Assembly (NCBI GenBank): GCA_023266055.1
Contig: JAHFRW010000003.1
Location: 202-64,201 of the forward strand
Direction: 5' to 3'
DNA length: 64,000 bases
Origin: Gammaproteobacteria bacterium
Lineage (GTDB): Bacteria; Pseudomonadota; Gammaproteobacteria; Ga0077554; Ga007554
Both the position numbers and the translations under genes were made by a program. How positions within the stretch are numbered: the first letter of the stretch is position 1; each line of letters begins with the position of its first letter. Under the pieces are notes generated by a model. It saw only the letters and a program-made list of their open reading frames with translations. It made no database searches and was not told where the DNA came from. Positions 11,147-19,376 of this stretch are shown here, in pieces.

Positions 11147-11773
11147 ATGATAGGTATCTTTGGAGGTACGTTTGATCCTGTGCATACGGGTCATGTGCGC
11201 GTCGCACTGGATATCCGTCAGGATCTGGCGCTGGACGAGGTGCGTCTGATTCCCTGTAATGTTTCGCCGCATCGTTGTGCGCCATTGGCCAGTGGCGCAC
11301 AACGCCTCGCCATGCTTCAGGCCGCGATTCAGGACGAAGCAGGGCTACGGGTTGATGACCGTGAGTTGCGTCGTGCGGCACCGTCGTACACGGTAGATAC
11401 ATTGTTATCGTTGCGTGCAGAGTTGGGGGATATACCCTTGTGTTTAATGATGGGCATGGATTCCTTTCAGGCATTGAATACCTGGCATCGCTGGCGTGAC
11501 ATCATGACGCTGGCACATATTGTAGTGATGACACGGCCTGGCTGGCTGCCACCCACACAGGGTGAAGTGGCAATGTTGGTAGAGCAGCATGGCGTGTATG
11601 ACCCCACGTTATTGCGTGGCACGTCGGCGGGACATGTTTTTTTGCGGCCGGTATCGCAACTGGATATTTCGGCGTCACGTGTTCGCGCCTGCATCAGGGA
11701 AGGTAAAAGCGCTCGTTACTGGGTGCCGGATGGCGCGTGGGGGATGATCGAAAAGGAAGGGATTTATCGTTAA
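11147..11773 (+). CDS. nadD: nicotinate-nucleotide adenylyltransferase
   Basis: 208 aa; GGTFDPVHTGH nucleotidyltransferase motif; proA-nadD-rsfS synteny. Confidence 0.9.
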   Translation: MIGIFGGTFDPVHTGHVRVALDIRQDLALDEVRLIPCNVSPHRCAPLASGAQRLAMLQAAIQDEAGLRVDDRELRRAAPSYTVDTLLSLRAELGDIPLCLMMGMDSFQALNTWHRWRDIMTLAHIVVMTRPGWLPPTQGEVAMLVEQHGVYDPTLLRGTSAGHVFLRPVSQLDISASRVRACIREGKSARYWVPDGAWGMIEKEGIYR

Positions 11774-11843
11774 CAGACACTGGATTTTCAGTGGTCTGGC
11801 ATGATTACACAGGGCATTGCCCATTATTTGAGACTATATAGTA

Positions 11844-12212
11844 ATGCATTCTGAACAATTAAAAGACCTTGCAGTGACCGCATTGGAAGATATGAAGGCG
11901 GTTGATATTAAAGTATTTGATGTGCGCGGTATCACCAGCATTGCCGATTATATGGTAATTGCCACGGGAACCGCAGATCGTCATGTTAAATCAGTGGCAG
12001 ATAATGTTGTTACCAGAGCCAAGCAAGCCGGGGAACGCCCGATAGGTGTGGAAGGTGAGCGTGAAGGTGAATGGGTGCTGGTGGACCTGGATGATGTGGT
12101 CGTGCATGTGATGTTGCCACGCACCCGCGATTTTTATCAGCTCGAAAAATTATGGGATGTGGGTGAAGGCATGAAAGCATCGCCAGGAAAGTGGCGAGAA
12201 GCTAGCACCTGA
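11844..12212 (+). CDS. rsfS: ribosomal silencing factor RsfS (Iojap)
   Basis: 122 aa; conserved RsfS core ([31 protein letters not shown]). Confidence 0.88.
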   Translation: MHSEQLKDLAVTALEDMKAVDIKVFDVRGITSIADYMVIATGTADRHVKSVADNVVTRAKQAGERPIGVEGEREGEWVLVDLDDVVVHVMLPRTRDFYQLEKLWDVGEGMKASPGKWREAST

Positions 12213-12217
12213 CTGAT

Positions 12218-12256
12218 ATTCAGCACATCACCATTAACGCGGGTGATGTGCTGAAT
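12218..12256. terminator. 15-bp-stem hairpin in the convergent rsfS / ompA-like gap (bidirectional terminator candidate)
   Basis: ATTCAGCACATCACC-(9 nt)-GGTGATGTGCTGAAT perfect inverted repeat starting 6 bp after rsfS stop. Confidence 0.45.
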
Positions 12257-12278
12257 GTATGCAGTGCCGTTTCAGTAA

Positions 12279-12965
12279 CTACCCCTGATTTTTCTGTGAT
12301 TCCTTGAGCAGTTGTTCGTTTGGTGAAATATGCAGCTCTACCCGCCGATTTTGCGTGCGGCCCTCGGCGGTGCCATTGGTGGCAATAGGATTGTCTGGCC
12401 CAAAGCCCATCACCGTCATACGGCTGGGTGCGACACCCTGATTTGATAAAAACAGACGTACTGCATTGGCGCGCCGCTCGGAGAGTTGCTGGTTATAGCT
12501 CATGGTACCGACGTTATCGGTGTAACCGGCAACGGTGACTTCTGTTTTATCATATTTCTTCAGGATTTCGGAAATCTTTTCCAGATTGGCTTTTGATTCC
12601 GGCTTGAGTGTGGCTTCGTTGGTATCAAACAGGATTTTGTCTTTCATGGTGGCGACGATGCCGTCTTCAACACGTTCAACCTGGGCTACCTGTGCCAGTT
12701 CCTGTGCCTGTTTATCCATATAGTTTCCCACGACACCCCCGGTTGCGGCGCCCAGCAAGCCGCCAATCAAGGCACCTTTGCCGGCATTTCCTTTTTTACT
12801 GCCAATCAGGCCGCCGACGATGGCACCACTCAAACCACCTATGGCGGCACCTTTTTGGGTGCGTGAGGCGTCAGAAGTGGCCGCACAACCTGCCTGCACC
12901 AACGCAAATGCGCTGAGGGTGAGAAGAATGAGTCCTTTTTTCCAGCAATTATTCATGAGCTTCAA
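12279..12965 (-). CDS. OmpA-family lipoprotein with Gly-zipper N-region (Pal/YiaD-like)
   Basis: 228 aa; lipobox LVQAGC; glycine-zipper GGLSGAIVGGLIGS...GGLLGAATGGVVG; C-terminal OmpA_C (GYTDNVG...LSERRANAV...NRRVE). Confidence 0.75.
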   Translation of the reverse strand: MKLMNNCWKKGLILLTLSAFALVQAGCAATSDASRTQKGAAIGGLSGAIVGGLIGSKKGNAGKGALIGGLLGAATGGVVGNYMDKQAQELAQVAQVERVEDGIVATMKDKILFDTNEATLKPESKANLEKISEILKKYDKTEVTVAGYTDNVGTMSYNQQLSERRANAVRLFLSNQGVAPSRMTVMGFGPDNPIATNGTAEGRTQNRRVELHISPNEQLLKESQKNQG

Positions 12966-13399
12966 GTCTCCATTGAAAATGGCGCAGATTGTGTGAATGG
13001 CTGCCCAATATAACCATGTGGTGAAAATATTATATAGCGTAGCTTTAACAGGATGCTAAATAAAGATCATTCATGGCCTTTATTTAGCGCATAAACCGTG
13101 CTTGAAAAATGGCAGTGCATCCATCCATTGCACGCAGACCGTTTTCAACAACCTGCTAAAGAATCAGCGAATGGCATAATGGAAATGTGAAACCATATGA
13201 TCGAGCGAGATTTTTCGTTTTCCGACCTTGTATTTTGAGTTTCCTTATGCCATGGCTGTGATGCCGATATGGCCTTCGTAGCTTTTTTAGAGGTACATTG
13301 TATTATATCACACGGTTTTTGCTGTATCTTGTTTTCCTGTTGCAGGAAGAGACATTTGCCGATAGTGTGTTATAACCAGTATGCAAGCAAGAGTCGGGT

Positions 13400-13870
13400 A
13401 TGAAAATTTATTTGATTGCGGTGGGTGATCGTATGCCGTTCTGGGTGACGCAGGGCTATCAGGAATACGCCAAACGTCTCCCGTCTGAATGCAGCTTGCA
13501 TTTGATTGAAACTGGTCTGGGCAAACGCAGTAAAAATACCAATATTGAACGCGCCGTGCAGGATGAGGGCGAGCGTATGCTGGCGGCTATCCCCAAAGGT
13601 TGTCGTAATATTGCGCTGGATGTACAGGGGCGGCAATGGAGTACCCCGGAACTGGCGCAGCATATGGAAGGCTGGATGCAGGGTGGCCGTGATGTGGCAT
13701 TGCTGGTGGGGGGGCCGGATGGGTTGGCGTCAGAATGTCTGGCACAGGCGGAGGGCCGATGGTCATTATCGCCGCTGACATTACCCCATCCATTGGTGCG
13801 TATTGTACTTGCGGAGCAATTATATCGGGCCTGGAGTATTTTGAAAGGGCATCCTTATCACCGTGGATAA
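13400..13870 (+). CDS. rlmH: 23S rRNA (pseudouridine1915-N3)-methyltransferase RlmH
   Basis: 156 aa; SPOUT RlmH family, typical partner of rsfS. Confidence 0.9.
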   Translation: MKIYLIAVGDRMPFWVTQGYQEYAKRLPSECSLHLIETGLGKRSKNTNIERAVQDEGERMLAAIPKGCRNIALDVQGRQWSTPELAQHMEGWMQGGRDVALLVGGPDGLASECLAQAEGRWSLSPLTLPHPLVRIVLAEQLYRAWSILKGHPYHRG

Positions 13871-14477
13871 TTCAGCTATGTGCAGCGCATCAAAAAAATA
13901 CACACATCCTCATTCGTCAGGCCGTTGTTTCAAGGCCATGTTACTGGGTTTTTTCTGTATGGTGGTTGTGTCTGTCGCTCTGGCGGAAGAGGCTGCTCCC
14001 TGGGTGGTAGTGGATACGCAGCAACAAACCTTGGCGGTGCTTGAGGCCGATGGAAAAATTATTGAATATTTTTCTTACGTGGCATTGGGGCGAGGTGGCG
14101 CGGCCCAGGACCGTGTGCACGGTGACCGCAAGACACCGCGGGGTACTTTTTACGTTGCGTGGATTAATCCCGATAGTCGCTTCACCCTTTTCTTTGGGCT
14201 GGATTTTCCCACAGTGGAGCATGCGGATCGTGCCTATCTTGGAGGTGTTATTGATCGCGATACTTATCGCAATCTGCTTGATGCTGCACTCGATAACCGC
14301 ATTCCTCCCCAGGATACACCTTTGGGTGGGCGCATTGGCATTCATGGTTTGGGGGATAAGGATTCACGTTTTCATTATGCGGATAACTGGACGGAAGGGT
14401 GTGTTGCGTTGACGAACCAGGAAATAAAAAAACTCGCGCAATGGATTCATCTCGGTACTCGGATTGTAATTTTCTGA
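13863..14477 (+). CDS. L,D-transpeptidase (YkuD domain), secreted
   Basis: 204 aa; catalytic GIHG...GCVAL (His...Cys) YkuD motif; probable true start at internal Met before signal peptide MLLGFFCMVVVSVALA (about 13938). Confidence 0.8.
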   Translation: MDNSAMCSASKKYTHPHSSGRCFKAMLLGFFCMVVVSVALAEEAAPWVVVDTQQQTLAVLEADGKIIEYFSYVALGRGGAAQDRVHGDRKTPRGTFYVAWINPDSRFTLFFGLDFPTVEHADRAYLGGVIDRDTYRNLLDAALDNRIPPQDTPLGGRIGIHGLGDKDSRFHYADNWTEGCVALTNQEIKKLAQWIHLGTRIVIF

Positions 14478-14672
14478 GAATATATTCGGGTTGATTTTGA
14501 ATAATGGCAGTGCTTCATTTCATTAAATTCCCTGTTTTTGTCGTCATTTGGTGACGCGTTTTTTGCGTTCTACTGCTGGAAAAACTATTGAATGTAGTTT
14601 ACCCTAGCTACGCATGGAATTTCGTGCTGTAGTCTGGATGTATTTTTGATAGTTAAAAGGATGTAAGGAGAC

Positions 14673-15059
14673 ATGCTGATGAATGAGATGAGTAACAAGT
14701 CAATCACCGCCCTGAAATTAATCCCCATTGTGTTGACGCTGGCCCTGACGGCCTGTGCAACGAGTGGTGATCTGGAGAAGGCAACCGCTGCCGCTGATGA
14801 TGCACAAGGTGCTGCCACTACGGCACAAACCAAGGCAGATCAAGCCTTGACAAAATCCGACCAGGGCTTGACGAAGGCCAGCACAGCGCAGTCCACAGCC
14901 GATCAAGCCTTGAGCAAGGCGACTGCCGCACATTCCGCAGCCGATCAGGCCCTGGGAAAGGCGAATGCAGCGCAATCCACGGCGGATGATGCTAATCGCA
15001 AGGTTGATCAGTTGAGTGAGAAGCTGGATCGTATGTTCAGGAAAGCGATGGAAAAATAA
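14673..15059 (+). CDS. extended Braun lipoprotein (Lpp)-like Ala-rich coiled-coil lipoprotein with C-terminal Lys
   Basis: 128 aa; lipobox LALTAC; heptad repeats ADQAL(T/S/G)K; C-terminus KVDQLSEKLDRMFRKAMEK resembles the Lpp tail ending in Lys. Confidence 0.6.
   Translation: MLMNEMSNKSITALKLIPIVLTLALTACATSGDLEKATAAADDAQGAATTAQTKADQALTKSDQGLTKASTAQSTADQALSKATAAHSAADQALGKANAAQSTADDANRKVDQLSEKLDRMFRKAMEK
14820..15000 (+). repeat. imperfect tandem 21/42-bp coding repeats (heptad units) inside the lpp-like gene
   Basis: recurring GC(A/C)GATCA(A/G)GCC(T/C)TG... units at 14835, 14898, 14940. Confidence 0.5.
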
Positions 15060-15095
15060 GGCGTCGCCGAATTCTGGCGATTTCTTCAGTAGTTA

Positions 15096-15158
15096 AATGC
15101 ACTCTCACACAACAAAAAACCCCGTATAACGGGGTTTTTTGTTGTGTGAGAGTGCATT
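15096..15158. terminator. bidirectional rho-independent terminator embedded in a perfect 29-bp-arm palindrome
   Basis: AATGCACTCTCACACAACAAAAAACCCCG-TATAA-CGGGGTTTTTTGTTGTGTGAGAGTGCATT; GC clamp with A6/T6 runs on both sides. Confidence 0.6.
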
Positions 15159-15168
15159 ATTTTCCTTC

Positions 15169-15258
15169 GAGCCTATTCAATATCTCGCTGAAGGGCGCAT
15201 CGCGGCGTTGGAAACCCTTCGCTTCGCTCTTCCCTTGATCGAGATATTGAATAGGCTC
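15169..15258. repeat. REP/MITE-like palindromic intergenic element, copy A
   Basis: GAGCCTATTCAATATCTCG...CGAGATATTGAATAGGCTC outer inverted repeats around a core ATCTCGCTGAAGGGCGC...CGCTCTTCCCTTGATCGAGAT that recurs at 45912-45974 (about 85% identity). Confidence 0.6.
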
Positions 15259-16638
15259 TTAATTAGTACTGGTGCGGCGAGATGCGATCGGTTTCATCAG
15301 TGTTTTGATGCCGAGCTGTGTCTGGATGCGGCTTTGTGATCCCTGCGCTTCATCCTTGTTGCTGAATGGGCCGACCAGCACGCGGTGTCCAGTGCTGGTA
15401 GAAATATACTGTGCCTCTGCGGCTATGGCAGGGGTCATGTCACGCAACTGGGTGGTGAGTCGTTGTGCGTTATCCTTATTTTTGAAATTACCTACCTGAA
15501 TGTACCAGCGGGTTGATTCAGGTGCTGCTGGTGTTGTTGAGGCTATTTGAGGGGTGGGCAAGGGTGTCGGCGTCGCTGTGGTGGGAGTTGTTTTTGCCTG
15601 TCCGCTATTATCGTCGGATGCTTCTGTGATGCCAGTGCTGGTGGGTACGGTGCTGCTATCATCCATCATTGGCAATGCCGCAAACAGGTCGCTCAACGGT
15701 GGAGCGTTTGTTGAGATGGGTACCGGGAATCCCGGGTGGTGTTGAGCGACGCGGATTAACCTGCTCCAGTTAATATTGGTGCGATCTTCGGCTTTGGTTG
15801 CACGAATCACTTCCTTGACGGCGGGTGTCAGGCTGCCATCCAGTATTTTTATTTCTTCTTCCAGGGGTGTATGCGCTTCTATGTAAAGCGTATTGTTGTG
15901 CCATCCAGCGGTATAGGGTTTATTGATAATGTTAACGGCAACCCCGATGGGGATTGTTTCAAACAGTTGGGCAATGTCTTCAGGATACAGGTGAATACAG
16001 CCATGGCTGACACGCATGCCAATGCCGAAGGGTTTGTTGGTGCCATGGATCAGGTAGCTTGGTAATCCCAAACGCATGGCAAACTGGCCCAGCGGATTAT
16101 CCGGGCCGGGAGGGACCACGGCAGGTAAAGGGTCACCCTTTTTGGCATGTTCTTCCCGAATGGAGGCGGGTACAGTCCAGGTGGGGTCTTTTTGCTTGCC
16201 AATCACCTGGGTGGTACCGAGAGGTGTTGACCAGCCTTCCTTGCCAATGCCGATGGGATGGGTGACCACTACCGCTTGTTCACCCGGTTTGGCAGGCGGG
16301 AAATAAAACAGGCGCATGGTCGCCACATTCAGAATGATGCCCTGGCGGGGGGCATCGGGCAATATAAACTGGGTGGGTAAGACGATGACGGTACCTTCGC
16401 CGGGTAGCCAGGGATCGACGGTGGGGTTGGCGGCAACAATTTCGTTATAACCCAGATCATGCCGCCGCGCGAGATCCGACAGCGTGTCTGCATGTTTGGC
16501 GACGGTAATGCGCAGCTCACCCACAAGATCGCTCCCGGGGTTCAGCGGGAAAGTATCTGCCATGGCGGGTGTATATGCGTACAATAACGTGCTGGACAGC
16601 GCGACGACGCGTAATGGGTGTGAGAATGGTGTGTTCAT
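15259..16638 (-). CDS. L,D-transpeptidase with N-terminal LysM and C-terminal SPOR domain
   Basis: 459 aa; LysM (TVAKHADTLSDLARRHDLGYNEIVAANP), YkuD catalytic HGT...SHGCIHL, C-terminal SPOR-like RWYIQVGNFKNKDNAQRL...HRVLVGPFSNKDEAQ. Confidence 0.8.
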   Translation of the reverse strand: MNTPFSHPLRVVALSSTLLYAYTPAMADTFPLNPGSDLVGELRITVAKHADTLSDLARRHDLGYNEIVAANPTVDPWLPGEGTVIVLPTQFILPDAPRQGIILNVATMRLFYFPPAKPGEQAVVVTHPIGIGKEGWSTPLGTTQVIGKQKDPTWTVPASIREEHAKKGDPLPAVVPPGPDNPLGQFAMRLGLPSYLIHGTNKPFGIGMRVSHGCIHLYPEDIAQLFETIPIGVAVNIINKPYTAGWHNNTLYIEAHTPLEEEIKILDGSLTPAVKEVIRATKAEDRTNINWSRLIRVAQHHPGFPVPISTNAPPLSDLFAALPMMDDSSTVPTSTGITEASDDNSGQAKTTPTTATPTPLPTPQIASTTPAAPESTRWYIQVGNFKNKDNAQRLTTQLRDMTPAIAAEAQYISTSTGHRVLVGPFSNKDEAQGSQSRIQTQLGIKTLMKPIASRRTSTN

Positions 16639-16998
16639 TAATTAAACGCTCCCTGCGTTGCCTGTAATCCGGGGTACGAAAGTAAAAAATCCATTTTTAA
16701 TCTTTTATTTATATGGTTCAATGCATTATTTTGCATAAAACGTCACCTGTAGCTGGCTGTGATCAGGTTTCACCAACGGCGTGGGGGCGTATGGTGATCG
16801 CCCGATTATCTATTCCTTATAATGTTGCTATAAATAGCAGCTATTTTCCAGTCATTTATTATACGGCATGCGGGGAACGGCCGAAAACAGGAGTTTTTTC
16901 GAGCAATGGGTTATTTGACTGATTTTAGGGGGTGTTGATGTTTTGGACGGGTGATCGTGCTTGCATCTTGACGTCTAAACATTGACACTTTCTGTCTG

Positions 16999-17649
16999 AT
17001 GCATACATTTCAGATTCATTTGGCTTCAACCTCACCACGGCGTCGAGCATTGCTCGATCAATTGGGGATACGTTATTGTGTCCAGCCGGTTGAAGTCGAT
17101 GAAACTTTACGTCTTCACGAGACGTCTGAACAGTACGTGCTGCGTCTGGCGCTTGCAAAGGCACGTGCTGGTTGGCAGGCGTGTAGCGCTAGCGCCCAGT
17201 CACTTTCTTCGATAACGGTTCCCGATAGCCAGATTTCGGCAACGTCCGGGTCTGCGCCACGGTGTCCGGTGCTGGGTGCGGATACGTCGGTCGTCATTGC
17301 GGGTGAGGTTCTGGGCAAACCCCGTGATCGTGAGGATGGTCTGGAAATGCTGGAACGATTATCTGGGTGCAGTCATCAGGTGATGACCGCAATAGCACTG
17401 GTAGAGGGCGCACGTGAAGCGACACGCCTGAGTGTAAGTACGGTAGTGTTTTGTACCACTACCCTGGCAGAGCGCGCCGCGTATTGGGAAACGGGTGAAC
17501 CGTTGGGCAAGGCGGGAGGTTACGCGATTCAGGGACGGGCAGCGGCGTTTATTACACGCCTGGAAGGCAGTTTTTCAGGTGTAATGGGTTTGCCGTTATA
17601 TGAAACGGCAGACATATTGAATGAATTTGGTATTGCCGTGCTGCGTTAG
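16999..17649 (+). CDS. maf: Maf-family nucleoside triphosphate pyrophosphatase (septum formation protein Maf)
   Basis: 216 aa; [12 protein letters not shown] motif; maf-rng-yhdP synteny. Confidence 0.88.
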   Translation: MHTFQIHLASTSPRRRALLDQLGIRYCVQPVEVDETLRLHETSEQYVLRLALAKARAGWQACSASAQSLSSITVPDSQISATSGSAPRCPVLGADTSVVIAGEVLGKPRDREDGLEMLERLSGCSHQVMTAIALVEGAREATRLSVSTVVFCTTTLAERAAYWETGEPLGKAGGYAIQGRAAAFITRLEGSFSGVMGLPLYETADILNEFGIAVLR

Positions 17650-19330
17650 CGCGTTATTTTTAATATTCAATAATTGGATACACGGGACGGCCAAGGTGAA
17701 TCAGGAAATTCTTATTAATGTAACACCTCGCGAAACACGGGTAGCCGTCGTAGAGAATGGTGTGTTGCAGGAAGTCTACATTGAGCGTACCGGGCGTCGT
17801 GGTTTGGTGGGTAACGTCTACAAGGGATGGGTGAGTCGTATACTGCCAGGTATGCAGGCGGCATTTATTGATATTGGCCTGGAACGTACCGCTTTTCTGC
17901 ACGCGTCTGATATTTCTGTCACGGTACCCGGGGAAGATCGGCGGGATAAGGTACAGGCTGCTGTGCATGATCCCATGACCGCTAATAATAGTGCGGTTGC
18001 ATGGGTTCATGATGTTGCGGACTGTGACACAGTATCTGGAGCGGTGATCGAGCAATCCGGGCAGTTACCAAAGGCGCCAGAAATTGTGTTGGAAGGAAAA
18101 AAAGAGCATTCGATTAATCATTTGTTGCGTGAAGGGCAGGATATATTGGTGCAGGTGGTGAAAGATCCATTAGGTACGAAAGGTGCACGTCTCACGACAC
18201 ATATTACCATTCCTTCGCGCTATCTTGTATTAATGCCGGATGTACATACAGTAGGGGTATCGCAGAAAATTGAAAGTGAAGAAGAGCGGCAACGTTTGAA
18301 AAATATTGTCACCTCGTTTATGACACCACCACCCGGTGATAGCAGAAATACCAGTGAAGGTTTTATTGTGCGTACTGCTGCCGAGGGGGTCACGGAAGAA
18401 GCCTTGCGAGCAGATATGGAATTTTTACGACGTGTGTGGGGATCGATTCGTCAGCGTATTCCTTCCATGGCAGCCCATACCATCGTGCATGAAGATTTAC
18501 CCTTGGCCTTGCGTATTTTGCGTGATCTTGTGGCAAGTGCGGTAGACAAGGTGCGTATTGATTCACGCGAAACCTATCAACGTGCTGTGCAGTTTGTTGA
18601 AAAATTTATACCTGATCTGGTGTCGCGTATTGAATATTATCCGGGTGAGCGCCCCATTTTTGATTTGTATTCCGTTGAAGACGAAATTCAAAAATCACTG
18701 GAGCGCAAGGTGCAGTTGAAATCAGGGGGTTATCTGATTATTGACCAGACTGAAGCCATGACAACGATTGATGTGAATACTGGTGCTTTTGTCGGCCATC
18801 GTAATCTTGAGGAAACCATTTTCAAAACCAACCTGGAGGCGGCACAGGCGATTGCACGGCAATTGCGCCTGCGTAATCTTGGAGGCATTATTATCCTTGA
18901 TTTTATTGATATGGTGGAAGAGGATCACAAGCGCCAGGTATTACGTGTTCTGGAGAAAAATATGGAGCGGGATCATGCCAAAACCTCCATCAGTGGGGTC
19001 TCGGCGCTTGGGTTGGTGGAAATGACGCGTAAACGTACCCGTGAAAGCCTTGCGCATGTATTGTGTGCACCGTGCCCGACCTGTGCCGGGCGTGGTCTGC
19101 TTAAGACACCGGAAACGGTTTGTTATGAGATTTTTCGGGAAATTCTCCGTTCGACGCGCCAATTTGATTCCAATCAATTATTGGTGCTGGCATCTCAGTC
19201 AGTAGTGGACGCGTTACTGGAGGAAGAATCTACCAGTATTGCAGAGTTGGAGGCCTTTGTCGGGAAGCCGATAAAATTCCAGGTGGAGGCATTGTATACG
19301 CAGGAACAATTTGACGTGGTGCCTGTGTAG
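17621..19330 (+). CDS. rng: ribonuclease G
   Basis: RNase E/G catalytic domain (S1 plus DNase I-like); six-frame ORF starts inside maf; a GTG start near 17696 ([18 protein letters not shown]) would give the canonical ~490 aa. Confidence 0.88.
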   Translation: MNLVLPCCVSALFLIFNNWIHGTAKVNQEILINVTPRETRVAVVENGVLQEVYIERTGRRGLVGNVYKGWVSRILPGMQAAFIDIGLERTAFLHASDISVTVPGEDRRDKVQAAVHDPMTANNSAVAWVHDVADCDTVSGAVIEQSGQLPKAPEIVLEGKKEHSINHLLREGQDILVQVVKDPLGTKGARLTTHITIPSRYLVLMPDVHTVGVSQKIESEEERQRLKNIVTSFMTPPPGDSRNTSEGFIVRTAAEGVTEEALRADMEFLRRVWGSIRQRIPSMAAHTIVHEDLPLALRILRDLVASAVDKVRIDSRETYQRAVQFVEKFIPDLVSRIEYYPGERPIFDLYSVEDEIQKSLERKVQLKSGGYLIIDQTEAMTTIDVNTGAFVGHRNLEETIFKTNLEAAQAIARQLRLRNLGGIIILDFIDMVEEDHKRQVLRVLEKNMERDHAKTSISGVSALGLVEMTRKRTRESLAHVLCAPCPTCAGRGLLKTPETVCYEIFREILRSTRQFDSNQLLVLASQSVVDALLEEESTSIAELEAFVGKPIKFQVEALYTQEQFDVVPV

Positions 19331-19376
19331 TGTCAATAGCGTGTTCAGTATATGTATATATAAATAGACGTTTTTT

